Part shown: one piece after another, positions 38,992 to 47,233 of the stretch
Position numbering within the stretch: position 1 is the stretch's first letter
Layout: each line of letters starts with the position of its first letter
NCBI GenBank assembly: GCA_044235405.1
Contig: JBIIHU010000001.1
Span: 375-64,374, forward strand
Direction of reading: 5' to 3'
From: Burkholderiaceae bacterium
GTDB lineage: Bacteria > Pseudomonadota > Gammaproteobacteria > Burkholderiales > Burkholderiaceae_E
Length of the DNA: 64,000 nt
The notes under the pieces: generated by a model
The model's database searches: none
The model's input: only the letters and a program-made list of their open reading frames with translations
What the model was told of the DNA's origin: nothing
Translations under genes and position numbers: made by a program

Positions 38992-39522
38992 ATGACCGGA
39001 ACCCTCATCACCGTCGTCCAGGGCGACATCGTCCGGCAACCCGACTGCGACGGCGTGGTCAATGCCGCCAACGCCAGCCTGATGGCCGGCAGCGGCGTCT
39101 GCGGCGCGATCCATGCCGCGGCGGGCCCGCGGCTGGAGCCCTATGCCCGCCGATTCGCCCCGCTGCGCGTGGGCGATGCGCTCGCCACGCCCGGCTTCGA
39201 CCTCGCGGGCTGCCGGCTGATCATCCATGCGGTCGGCCCGCGCTACTTCGACGACCCCGACCCGCCGATCCACCTGGCACGCGCGATGCACAGCGCGCTC
39301 GATCTCGCTGATCGCAACCAGCTGCAACGACTGGCCGTGCCGGCGCTGTCCACCGGTGTCTACCGGTACCCGCCCGAGGCCGCGGTCCCGATCCTGGTCG
39401 AGTCGGCCTTCGTCACGGCGCCGACGCTGAATCACCTGCGCGAGATCCGCTTCGTGGTTCCTGGCGAAACGATGCTGGCGCTGTTTCGGGACGCGATCGC
39501 CGGTCAGTCCGCCAGCCGCTGA
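38992..39522 (+). CDS. Macro-domain protein (ADP-ribose binding/hydrolase)
   Basis: QGDIV, VVNAANASLMAGSGVCGAIHAAAG, IIHAVGP and PALSTGVYRYP. Confidence 0.92.
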   Translation: MTGTLITVVQGDIVRQPDCDGVVNAANASLMAGSGVCGAIHAAAGPRLEPYARRFAPLRVGDALATPGFDLAGCRLIIHAVGPRYFDDPDPPIHLARAMHSALDLADRNQLQRLAVPALSTGVYRYPPEAAVPILVESAFVTAPTLNHLREIRFVVPGETMLALFRDAIAGQSASR

Positions 39523-39553
39523 GTTCGGACGCCGGCGCGAACCACCGGCGCCT

Positions 39554-39595
39554 CGAGCATGCGCCCGATCCGCTCGTTCATGATCACGGAGGTGC
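39554..39595 (+). repeat. Left direct repeat (copy of the acyl-CoA dehydrogenase 3' end)
   Basis: CGAGCATGCGCCCGATCCGCTCGTTCATGATC (39554-39585) is identical to 44770-44801 and extends to 42 bp with 2 mismatches. Confidence 0.95.
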
Positions 39596-41578
39596 GGGGA
39601 TCGAGGCTTGCAGCACAGGCAGGGCGCCCGTTGCCAGCCACTGATCGGCCAGCCATCGCGCGGCCTGCGGGGCGGCCACGCTGGTCCCGTTCATCGTTCG
39701 GACCGAAGCCGAGCGCGTACCGGCGGCAAGCACGCCGCGCCGCGCGGGGGATCGGTCGCCGGTCGCCAGCGACTCCGGCGCGGGCCGCGTACGCGAGCCA
39801 TTCAGATGCGGCCCGTCGGACGAGTAGCGTCGCGGTGCGGGATCCACGGCGCCGCGCGCACCGACGATATCCGTGCGGGCGCCCGTGGCAATGCCGCTGA
39901 GCGTCGTCGCTCGCCTCACATAGCCGGTGGCCGGAATCGGATCGACCAGCCGCGGACGCCCGCTGGGATCGAAGCGCGCGTACTCGGGGTCATCGAAGTA
40001 GGACTGGCGCCCCCTCGCGGGCCTGTCGGCGGGGGTGTCGGCACGGGCGATCCAGGCATGGACTTCCTGGACGGGATCCTCGCCGGGATTCAGGACCTCG
40101 ACCGTCCAGCGCCCCGAGGGGGCGGTCGCGTGAGGGACGACTGCCGGATCCTGGCTCGTCGGCGCGATCGTGAGTTCGATCGCATGGCGATTGCCGCTCG
40201 TCCAGTAGCGTGCCTGACCCACCGGACGCCCCGCCGCATTCTGCAGGGCGACGGGATAAGGTGAAGCGCGCGACGTCGTAGTTGTCAGCTGGCCGCTCGG
40301 CGAGGTCAGCTTGACCTGGACGCCGCCCGCCGGCGGATTGTGCAGCCAGATCTGCATCCGGCTGCACACGAGGCTGCCGGGCTGCAGTCGCCAGGCGAGC
40401 TGGCGGGACCCATGGGCGGGCAGATCGAATGCGGCGTGCGCCCGGGCCTGGCGGGCGTTGCCCGCGGCGAGCACGATCCGCATCGGTGTCGCCGTCTTGG
40501 CGGTCGCCCGGACCAGCCAGTCCATGAAGCGTTCGAGCGTCGATCCGCCGTCGTGGGGTCCCTCGTGCGGGCCGTAGCTCAAGGTCACGATGACCGGCAG
40601 CGTTTCGCCGTCTTCACGCATCGCCCTGGCCCTGTCGAGGATGAAGAGCAGCCCGAGCGCGGCCAGCGGGGTCAGCAGCGAAGCGGCGGGATCTCCGATA
40701 CCGGCGTTCGGCATGTCCACCGCGACGATCGGTCGATTCCTGACGTCGCCCCGCGGATCGTCGCCTGCGACGAGATCGAGCACATGAGCGCCGTGCGAGC
40801 GGCTTCGACCCAGGGCCTTGACCCCGGGCCGCGCGTAGTCCAGCCCGCCGATTGCACGGTAGATCTGATCCTCGTCGCCTCCCGTGCTCGTCAGCGCGGC
40901 ATCGATATCGGCCGCGCTCAGGGTTCTGCCCGGGGCACCCGGAAGGGGTCCGTTGCCTGCGCAGCCCTGCTGCCAGAGGTGGGCGATCCGGGTGCCACCG
41001 GCATGACGGAAACGCGCGTGCGCGAACGGAATGCCCTCGTCGATGACGCCGATGACCACGCGCCTTGGCTTGTCGGGAAGGTCAGTCGGCGCGCTCGCCG
41101 TTGGCTGCGAGGCAGCGTGTTTCCGCGGCGGCTCGAACAGTTCCGCATCGAGCAGCGGCCCGAGCTCGACGCTGGCGACGATGCGCTGCCAGGGCTCGCA
41201 GGATATGACGATGCTGAGGTGGCTGTACGCCACGAAGAGCACGCAGATGTCGGGCTCCGGGATCTCGTCGACTTTCGTGCCGGGGTCGCCGAAGCCGCCG
41301 GGAACCCGGATGACATCGTCACCTCGGAGGTTCTCAGGCAGCCAGTCGAGACGGGAGAAGGCCTGCAGCGGACTGAGCTCACCGAGAAATACGAGCTTAG
41401 CCAGCTCCTCGCGTCGAAACTCGACGAGCATCGGAAAAAAGGGCTGGGGCTCTGCCTTGTCCGGCTCGAGTCCGAGGGGCGCGGCGATCAGGCCGGGATC
41501 GCTCGCGATCAGCCAGTCGATCTGCGGCTGGGCGGGCAGGTTTTCCTTCGCCGGAGCGTCATCGAGGGGCTTCGTCAT
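39584..41578 (-). CDS. S8 (subtilisin-like) serine peptidase without a signal peptide
   Basis: VIGVIDEG (Asp), SHGAHVLDLVAG (His), AAGN (oxyanion Asn) and NGTSVAAP (Ser); long insertion between Asn and Ser; GAAAGG RBS. Confidence 0.88.
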   Translation of the reverse strand: MTKPLDDAPAKENLPAQPQIDWLIASDPGLIAAPLGLEPDKAEPQPFFPMLVEFRREELAKLVFLGELSPLQAFSRLDWLPENLRGDDVIRVPGGFGDPGTKVDEIPEPDICVLFVAYSHLSIVISCEPWQRIVASVELGPLLDAELFEPPRKHAASQPTASAPTDLPDKPRRVVIGVIDEGIPFAHARFRHAGGTRIAHLWQQGCAGNGPLPGAPGRTLSAADIDAALTSTGGDEDQIYRAIGGLDYARPGVKALGRSRSHGAHVLDLVAGDDPRGDVRNRPIVAVDMPNAGIGDPAASLLTPLAALGLLFILDRARAMREDGETLPVIVTLSYGPHEGPHDGGSTLERFMDWLVRATAKTATPMRIVLAAGNARQARAHAAFDLPAHGSRQLAWRLQPGSLVCSRMQIWLHNPPAGGVQVKLTSPSGQLTTTTSRASPYPVALQNAAGRPVGQARYWTSGNRHAIELTIAPTSQDPAVVPHATAPSGRWTVEVLNPGEDPVQEVHAWIARADTPADRPARGRQSYFDDPEYARFDPSGRPRLVDPIPATGYVRRATTLSGIATGARTDIVGARGAVDPAPRRYSSDGPHLNGSRTRPAPESLATGDRSPARRGVLAAGTRSASVRTMNGTSVAAPQAARWLADQWLATGALPVLQASIPAPP

Positions 41579-41593
41579 GGCGGCCTGCCTTTC

Positions 41594-42790
41594 TCACCAC
41601 TCCGCGGCAGCCGCCTGCCACAGCCAGTGAAGCCTCGAGGTCCCCTGAACGGCGCAGGTCGCAAAGCCACCCGGCACAGCGCCCGCTATTCTGTGGGCGT
41701 AACCCGTGGTCTGCCGGCTGCCCGCTTGCGGATCGAAGAGTTCCTGGCCGGAGAAGTCGCCCTGGGGCGGATACTGCGCGACATCCAGAGCCCAGGCGTC
41801 GACCAGGGTAGCACCGCCACCGGACGGCCTGCAGCGCGCGATGAAATACTCGCCGAGGCTCAGGCCGAGCAGCTGACCGGCGGCGCTGTCGATCGGGTAA
41901 TGGACGCCGGCCACCGTCCGGTTGATGGCGATGCGCGCCGCCTGACGCATGAGCAGCTCGCGCAGTTGCGTTTTCGCGCCCGCGCTGGCGGCCGGCAGGG
42001 CCCCGGTGGCGAGTTCGACCAGCACCCGAGCCACCGTGTACGCCTCGGTCGCGTGTCCGCTGGGCAGGGCGGCATGGATCGGGGTCGGGATCATCGGCTG
42101 AACCTGCGCCGAGAGCTCGTGCGGCCTGGGTACGCCGAGCGCATCCTTGAAGTTCATCTCGGCGTACTTGGCCAGGCGCAGCACCATCCCGATCAGCTCG
42201 AAGGTCTTCGGATGGCGCGCGGGCTGCAGCGGAAGCACCGAGGCCCAGAACGCATATTGGGGCGCCTTCTGCGCGAGGATCTCGCGCGCCCGGTCGCCGC
42301 GCAGGTCGGCATAGCCGTTCAGGTAGTCGAGTTGCGCCTCGAGGATCGTCGTCAAGCCCGCAGGGTCGGGCAGGCTGATGCGCACCAATGGCGTCCCGCT
42401 CCAGGCCGGCGTACCGCCCACCGGGGTGACCTCGAGATGCCAGAGGGTTGCGGTCCGCGAGGTCGCGTCGGTGCTGAAGTGGAGCCCCGACAGCAGCTCG
42501 GATTCGAAGAGCAGCCGACGGATCCGGGGATCCAGACGTCCGAGGCCGGCGACACCAAAGTTGGGCGGCGTGGGGTGAACCGCGGGGTCGAGCGCGCGGA
42601 CAGGCCAGACAGGACCCATCGGAGCCCAGGCGCCGACGATGGCATCGCGGTGCGGAATCAGGGCACCGGAGGAGGAGCCCCCCCGCCTCGATGCTCCGTA
42701 ACCCTCGTAGCCCTCGTAACCTTCGTACCCCTCATAACCCTCGTAGCCCTCGTAACCCTCGTAGCCCTCATAGCCTTCGAGTCGACTCAT
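41594..42790 (-). CDS. PAP2 / vanadium-haloperoxidase superfamily enzyme with N-terminal (EGY)9 repeat
   Basis: KDALGVPRP (K-x6-RP), PSGH and RTVAGVHYPID (R-x5-H-x3-D) are all present; strong AAGGAG RBS before MSRLEGY. Confidence 0.88.
   Translation of the reverse strand: MSRLEGYEGYEGYEGYEGYEGYEGYEGYEGYGASRRGGSSSGALIPHRDAIVGAWAPMGPVWPVRALDPAVHPTPPNFGVAGLGRLDPRIRRLLFESELLSGLHFSTDATSRTATLWHLEVTPVGGTPAWSGTPLVRISLPDPAGLTTILEAQLDYLNGYADLRGDRAREILAQKAPQYAFWASVLPLQPARHPKTFELIGMVLRLAKYAEMNFKDALGVPRPHELSAQVQPMIPTPIHAALPSGHATEAYTVARVLVELATGALPAASAGAKTQLRELLMRQAARIAINRTVAGVHYPIDSAAGQLLGLSLGEYFIARCRPSGGGATLVDAWALDVAQYPPQGDFSGQELFDPQAGSRQTTGYAHRIAGAVPGGFATCAVQGTSRLHWLWQAAAAEW
42698..42778 (-). repeat. 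Coding 9-bp tandem repeat x9 encoding (Glu-Gly-Tyr)9
   Basis: Units use GAG/GAA, GGT/GGC/GGG and TAC/TAT; every difference between units is synonymous. Confidence 0.97.
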
Positions 42791-42829
42791 GCTAACTCCT
42801 TCAATCCGGGGATCGGTGTACGCCGATGA

Positions 42830-44608
42830 TCAGTCAGGAACCCCCGCCAACGCCAGGGCCTGCGCCGCCAGCCTGCCATTCTCGTAGCCGCTGCTCGGCG
42901 AGCGGCGAACGAAATCCTCCACGCGAAAGGAGGGGGCCTGACGCATCAGTTCCCTGGTCACGGCGCGGGCCTCGTCGGCGGCGCCGAGATGCCACAACGC
43001 GATGATCAGCGTCCTGAGCGTGGATCCATGCGTCCGATTCAGACGCAGCGAGCTGCGCGCGAGCCGGACGCCGCGCTCATACTGTCCGGCGGAAACCGCG
43101 GCGGTTGCCGCGAGTGCCTCGAAGTAGAAGCGCAGCGGATCCATCGGCGAAAGCCGCATGGCCTGTTTCGTGTGCCGAACGGCCTCCCTGCCCTCGTCGC
43201 GAAAGGCGTGCAGGGTTCCCTTGAGGAGCCATGCCAGCGCGTCGTTCGGGTTCGCCTGCAGCGCCTGCGCATAGCGATCCTCGGCTTCGTCGAGCTGCTT
43301 CAGGATGTAGGTGTGAACCTGGCCTTCCACGGTCAGGGCGAGCGACGAGGCGGCATCGCGATCGAGCGCGCGACGCGCGCATTCCAGTGCTGCACGCCCA
43401 TCGGCCTGCGAATCATCCGACCAGCCCTGGGTCACACGCAGCACATGCCATTTCGCGAGCCAGGCGTGCGGCGCGGCCAGCCGCGGCGCGCGCTCGATCA
43501 GGGTTTCCAGCATCTGGTGCGCACGCCGGAAGGCCTGCGGCGAAATCCGATGCATCAGCGTGATACCCGCCAGCAGCAGCGTGTGGTTCTCGAGCGTCTG
43601 GGCAGCCTGCCCCTGGGCCCGCTGCAGTTCATGCACCATCATGCCGGCACAGGCTTCGTCGACGAGCTGCGCGGGCAAAGGATCTTCGCCGGCCAGGATC
43701 GCCGACACCTTGCCCTTCAGGCTCCCCGCCCAGGCAACCCGCCCGTCCCTGGTCTCGGCGAGCTCGGCCTTCAGCGAGAGCCGGTCGCCCTGCACGTGGA
43801 AGGACCCCGACAGGACATAGTTGGCCCTGAGACGGGTCCCGATGTCTTCCAGGGCGATCGTACGATCCTGCAGCGCCGCGGTCGACAGACGCGACACCAC
43901 GTTGATCTCGAGTGAACGCGACAGCGTCGAAATCACTTCGTCGGCGACGATCTGGCCGAGGATCCGGTGCGGGGATTCCACGTCACGGACAGAGAACGGA
44001 AGCACGGCGACCGTCGCTCGCAGATCGCTCGCAAGGTCCGTGATCGGGATGATCGGCGTGTCGACCGGCGGGCCGACCCGGAATGCTCGCACCGGCTTTC
44101 GGATGTGCTTCAGGTGACATTCGCCGAGATCCTCGAGGTCGGCGTCGATGTCGGGTGTCAGTTGATCGCGAACGTCCGCGGACACGACGGTTTCGCCCGC
44201 GCCGGCCAGCGAGAGCAGCCGCGCCGCGAGATTCAGGCCGTGTCCGTACACATCGTGGCGCCCGGTGATCAGGGGGCTGACATGGATGCCGATGCGCAGC
44301 CAGAGCCGGTACTCGTGGGCGATGCCTGGATGGGTCTGGCCGATTGCCCCGTGCATCGCGAGCGCCGCGCGCACGGCCGCCCGCGCGTCGGGGAACTCGA
44401 TCATCAGGCCATCGCCAAGACTCTTGACCAGACGTCCACCGTTCCCGGGCAGAAACCGATCGACCACGAGATCGACAAAGGTCTGCCAGCGCTTCACCGT
44501 GCCCGCTTCGTCGAGCTGCATCAGCCGCGTGTACTCGACCACATCGGCCATCAGCACCGTGCGGACCACCCGCGTGAGTTTCTCGGCGGCCGACAGGGTT
44601 TGCGACAT
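42830..44608 (-). CDS. Class III adenylate/guanylate cyclase-TolB-like-TPR protein
   Basis: LMADVVEYT and VKSLGDG (metal Asp, base-specifying Lys), HDVYGHGLNLAARL (Asp, N-x3-R), TVAVLPF TolB-like domain and several TPRs. Confidence 0.9.
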   Translation of the reverse strand: MSQTLSAAEKLTRVVRTVLMADVVEYTRLMQLDEAGTVKRWQTFVDLVVDRFLPGNGGRLVKSLGDGLMIEFPDARAAVRAALAMHGAIGQTHPGIAHEYRLWLRIGIHVSPLITGRHDVYGHGLNLAARLLSLAGAGETVVSADVRDQLTPDIDADLEDLGECHLKHIRKPVRAFRVGPPVDTPIIPITDLASDLRATVAVLPFSVRDVESPHRILGQIVADEVISTLSRSLEINVVSRLSTAALQDRTIALEDIGTRLRANYVLSGSFHVQGDRLSLKAELAETRDGRVAWAGSLKGKVSAILAGEDPLPAQLVDEACAGMMVHELQRAQGQAAQTLENHTLLLAGITLMHRISPQAFRRAHQMLETLIERAPRLAAPHAWLAKWHVLRVTQGWSDDSQADGRAALECARRALDRDAASSLALTVEGQVHTYILKQLDEAEDRYAQALQANPNDALAWLLKGTLHAFRDEGREAVRHTKQAMRLSPMDPLRFYFEALAATAAVSAGQYERGVRLARSSLRLNRTHGSTLRTLIIALWHLGAADEARAVTRELMRQAPSFRVEDFVRRSPSSGYENGRLAAQALALAGVPD

Positions 44609-44755
44609 GGTCGGTCTCAGGCAACGAAAATGGGATGTGGAGGGATAAGCCGACGCTGCCGATTCTACCCAGCGGGTGGGGCTGGATCGTCCATCCCCCG
44701 GTAATCCCCGGAGTGGCCACGACTTCCACGCGGATCGGCGGCGTCCCGTCGTCGC

Positions 44756-45916
44756 TCAGGGCCCCTGCACGAGCATGCGCCCGATCCGCTCGTTCATGAT
44801 CTCGGTGGTGCCGTCGGTAAAACCCATCACCTTGGCGGCGGCCAGGTGGCGGCCGAGCCCGTGCTCGTCGAGCAGGCCCTCGGCGCCCATCGCCTGAATG
44901 CAGGCGGCGATCGCGGCGAGCGTGTGTTCGCCAGCAAATTTCTTGGCGATGGCCGCCGCCATCTGGGCGTCGAGCCCGCGGTCGATCAGCCCGGCCGCGC
45001 GGTAGGTGAGCAGGCGCAGCGCCTCGAGCGTGGTGGCGACCCCCGCGAGCGACCAGCGCAGCCCCTGGTGGCCCAGCAGCGGCAGGCCGAAGGCCTCGCG
45101 CGAGGCACCGCGGGCCACCGCCTTGCCGAGCGCGGTCTCGATCATGCCGCAGCACATCGCCGGGATGTGGGCACGCGCCTTGTTGATCGACCCCATGGCC
45201 GCCCTGAAGGCCTGACCAGGCGCATAGAGCATCAGCTCGTCGGGCACGAAGCAGCCCTCCAGCCGGTAGCCGCCGGTGCCGGCGGCATGAATGCCGGCTA
45301 CCGCGAGCGCGGGTTCGCGGATGAATCCGGCCTGGTCGCCGGCGACGATGAAGCAGGCGATCCCGCGATCGCGCGAGCCCGGTTCGGTCTGGGCGAAGGT
45401 GAGGAAGACATCGGCCTTTGATGCGTTGACGATCCAGCGCTTGGCGCCGTCGAGCACCCATCCGCCGGCCACCCGACGCGCGACCGTGGTCGAGGCGGCG
45501 AAGTCGCTGCCACCGCCCGGCTCGGTCATGCCGGTGCAGCCGATCAGCTCGCCCGCCATCAGCGCGGGCACGAAGCGTGCGACGGCCGCCGGCGAGCCGT
45601 GGTCGGCGATGCGCGAGGCCGCGTTGTGCTGGTTCACCAGCGAGAAGGCGAAGCCGAAGTCATGGCGGGCGATCTCCTCGACCATCCGCAGCTTGGCGCC
45701 GAAGGGCAGGCCGAGACCGCCGCGCGCCGCCGGTACCTCGATCGCCGCGAATCCCTGGGCGCAGGCAGCTCGAATCGCCTCGCGCGGGAATCGACCCTCG
45801 CGCTCCCAGTCGGGCGCGGCGGGCGCGACCACCTGCGAGGCGAAGGCGATGGTACGGGCGACGAGCTCGCGCGCGGCGGCGGGCAGGGCGGCGTCGAATT
45901 CGGCGGTGGCGTGCAT
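44756..45916 (-). CDS. Acyl-CoA dehydrogenase family protein
   Basis: GMTEPGGGSD, LDGAKRWIVN, HQGLRWSLA, AKKFA, MGAEG and FTDGTTEIM. Confidence 0.93.
   Translation of the reverse strand: MHATAEFDAALPAAARELVARTIAFASQVVAPAAPDWEREGRFPREAIRAACAQGFAAIEVPAARGGLGLPFGAKLRMVEEIARHDFGFAFSLVNQHNAASRIADHGSPAAVARFVPALMAGELIGCTGMTEPGGGSDFAASTTVARRVAGGWVLDGAKRWIVNASKADVFLTFAQTEPGSRDRGIACFIVAGDQAGFIREPALAVAGIHAAGTGGYRLEGCFVPDELMLYAPGQAFRAAMGSINKARAHIPAMCCGMIETALGKAVARGASREAFGLPLLGHQGLRWSLAGVATTLEALRLLTYRAAGLIDRGLDAQMAAAIAKKFAGEHTLAAIAACIQAMGAEGLLDEHGLGRHLAAAKVMGFTDGTTEIMNERIGRMLVQGP
44770..44811 (+). repeat. Right direct repeat, inside the acyl-CoA dehydrogenase 3' end
   Basis: Matches 39554-39595; encodes ...TEIMNERIGRML of the intact gene. 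Confidence 0.95.
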
Positions 45917-45970
45917 GCTGTGCGACGAGGTCGGAGGATCTGCGGACGGTGCAGGCGCGGACGGGCTGCG

Positions 45971-46759
45971 TCAGCGCGGCCGCACGAACAGGGTGTGCAG
46001 GCTGCGGCCTGCCGGGCCGTCGGCATCGAAGACCGTCGTGTGCACCAGCCCGATCCCGACGCCATCGACCACGGTACGCGCATCCATCCCGAACCAGGGA
46101 CCCCGCGGCAGGCGGTGCAGGTTCAGGCTGAGATCGACCGGCGGGAAGGTGTGCGTGCGGACATCGAGCTCGGCGCTCACGCCGTTGGCCGAGTCGAGAA
46201 AGGTCAGCAGGCCCTCGAGTCCCCCGGTTTGCTCGCCGGCCACCAGCGGAATCCTCGCCCTGCCCCAGACCAGCGCCGGGCCGGGCGCCACGAAGCTGCC
46301 CCGCACGAAACGCCATTCGAGCGCGTGGCCGTAGGGGAAATGCGTGACGCCCGGGAAGAACTCGGTGGTTTCAAGATCGGGCAGCGGCGGGGGCACGAAG
46401 GGGTCGGGTATCGCGGGCGAACTGCCGACGGCCCGCTGAAGACGCCAGGCATGCGCCAGCAGCACCGGCTTGCCGCCGACCGACAGTTCGCCCTGCAGCA
46501 GCTCAATGCGGCGCCCGGGCCGCAGCACGCGCACCGCAACGCTGCAGGGGGCGACCGGCACCGGACCGAGAAACTCGACGGTCAGGCGCGCGATCGTCAG
46601 GTCCTCATCGCCCGGGTGCAGGCGCATCGCGCGCGCGAGCAGGGCGATCGGCGGCCCGCCGTGCTGCAGCTCGCGCGACCAGGGGCCCACCGTGGCTTCG
46701 GTGGGCTGCCAGGTGTGAACGCCTACGGGCAGGAAGAAGGCGTCGGAGAGCCCGGCCAT
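45971..46759 (-). CDS. Thioesterase-family (double hot-dog) protein
   Basis: GPWSRELQHGGPPIALL, ARLTVEFLGPVP, DSANG and DLSLNLHR. Confidence 0.88.
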   Translation of the reverse strand: MAGLSDAFFLPVGVHTWQPTEATVGPWSRELQHGGPPIALLARAMRLHPGDEDLTIARLTVEFLGPVPVAPCSVAVRVLRPGRRIELLQGELSVGGKPVLLAHAWRLQRAVGSSPAIPDPFVPPPLPDLETTEFFPGVTHFPYGHALEWRFVRGSFVAPGPALVWGRARIPLVAGEQTGGLEGLLTFLDSANGVSAELDVRTHTFPPVDLSLNLHRLPRGPWFGMDARTVVDGVGIGLVHTTVFDADGPAGRSLHTLFVRPR

Positions 46760-46777
46760 GCGCAGACGCAGGCGCCG

Positions 46778-47062
46778 CTAGGTGCGGCGAGCCGCCCAGA
46801 AGGTGGCCCCGGCATCGCCATAGCGCTCGGCATGGCGGGTTCCCCGCGCAAGCTCGAAGATTTCCCCGGGGCCGAAGCGGCGGGTATGTTCCCCGACGCT
46901 GAGCCAGAACTCGCCAGCGACCACCAGACCGCGGGCGTCGAAGGGGTGCTCGTGCTCCGGCGCCCGATGACCGGGCGCCCATTCGCGCACCACGACCTCG
47001 TCGTAACCCAGGCGTCGCGCCTCTTCGGTGTACTGCTCGAGCGTGGGCATCGGCATCGGCAT
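46778..47062 (-). CDS. Small cupin-domain protein
   Basis: REWAPGHRAPEHEHPFDARGLVVAGEF...FELARGTRHAERYG cupin motifs; the start may instead be 47056 or 47050. Confidence 0.8.
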   Translation of the reverse strand: MPMPMPTLEQYTEEARRLGYDEVVVREWAPGHRAPEHEHPFDARGLVVAGEFWLSVGEHTRRFGPGEIFELARGTRHAERYGDAGATFWAARRT

Positions 47063-47149
47063 GCGGGACCTCGTGTCGGGGCAAGACCAGATCGCGATAG
47101 TGCCATGCGCAAGGCTGGCTGCCGAGCGACGCCCGCCCGGGCTACCGAT

Positions 47150-47170
47150 ACTTCCGGCCTGGCCGGAAGT
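47150..47170. repeat. Perfect inverted repeat ACTTCCGGCC-T-GGCCGGAAGT
   Basis: 10-bp arms with a 1-nt spacer, between the divergent cupin and Rpn genes. Confidence 0.8.
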
Positions 47171-47233
47171 CGGATTGGCACACGAGGCGCCCGGACCGAA
47201 GATGGTCACGAACCCGCCCGCCGATCCTGCTCG

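Larger units (their letters stand above)
39554..44811. mobile_element. Integrase-free cassette or genomic islet inserted at the 3' end of an acyl-CoA dehydrogenase gene
   Basis: Bounded by direct repeats duplicating a coding 3' end; holds one co-oriented three-gene operon; by eye has more A/T-ending codons than the flanks; no recombinase inside. Confidence 0.7.

Noticed and set aside
42698-42778. EGY repeat as a simple slippage microsatellite or a CRISPR-like array
   Set aside because: Units differ only synonymously, are in frame and have no spacers.
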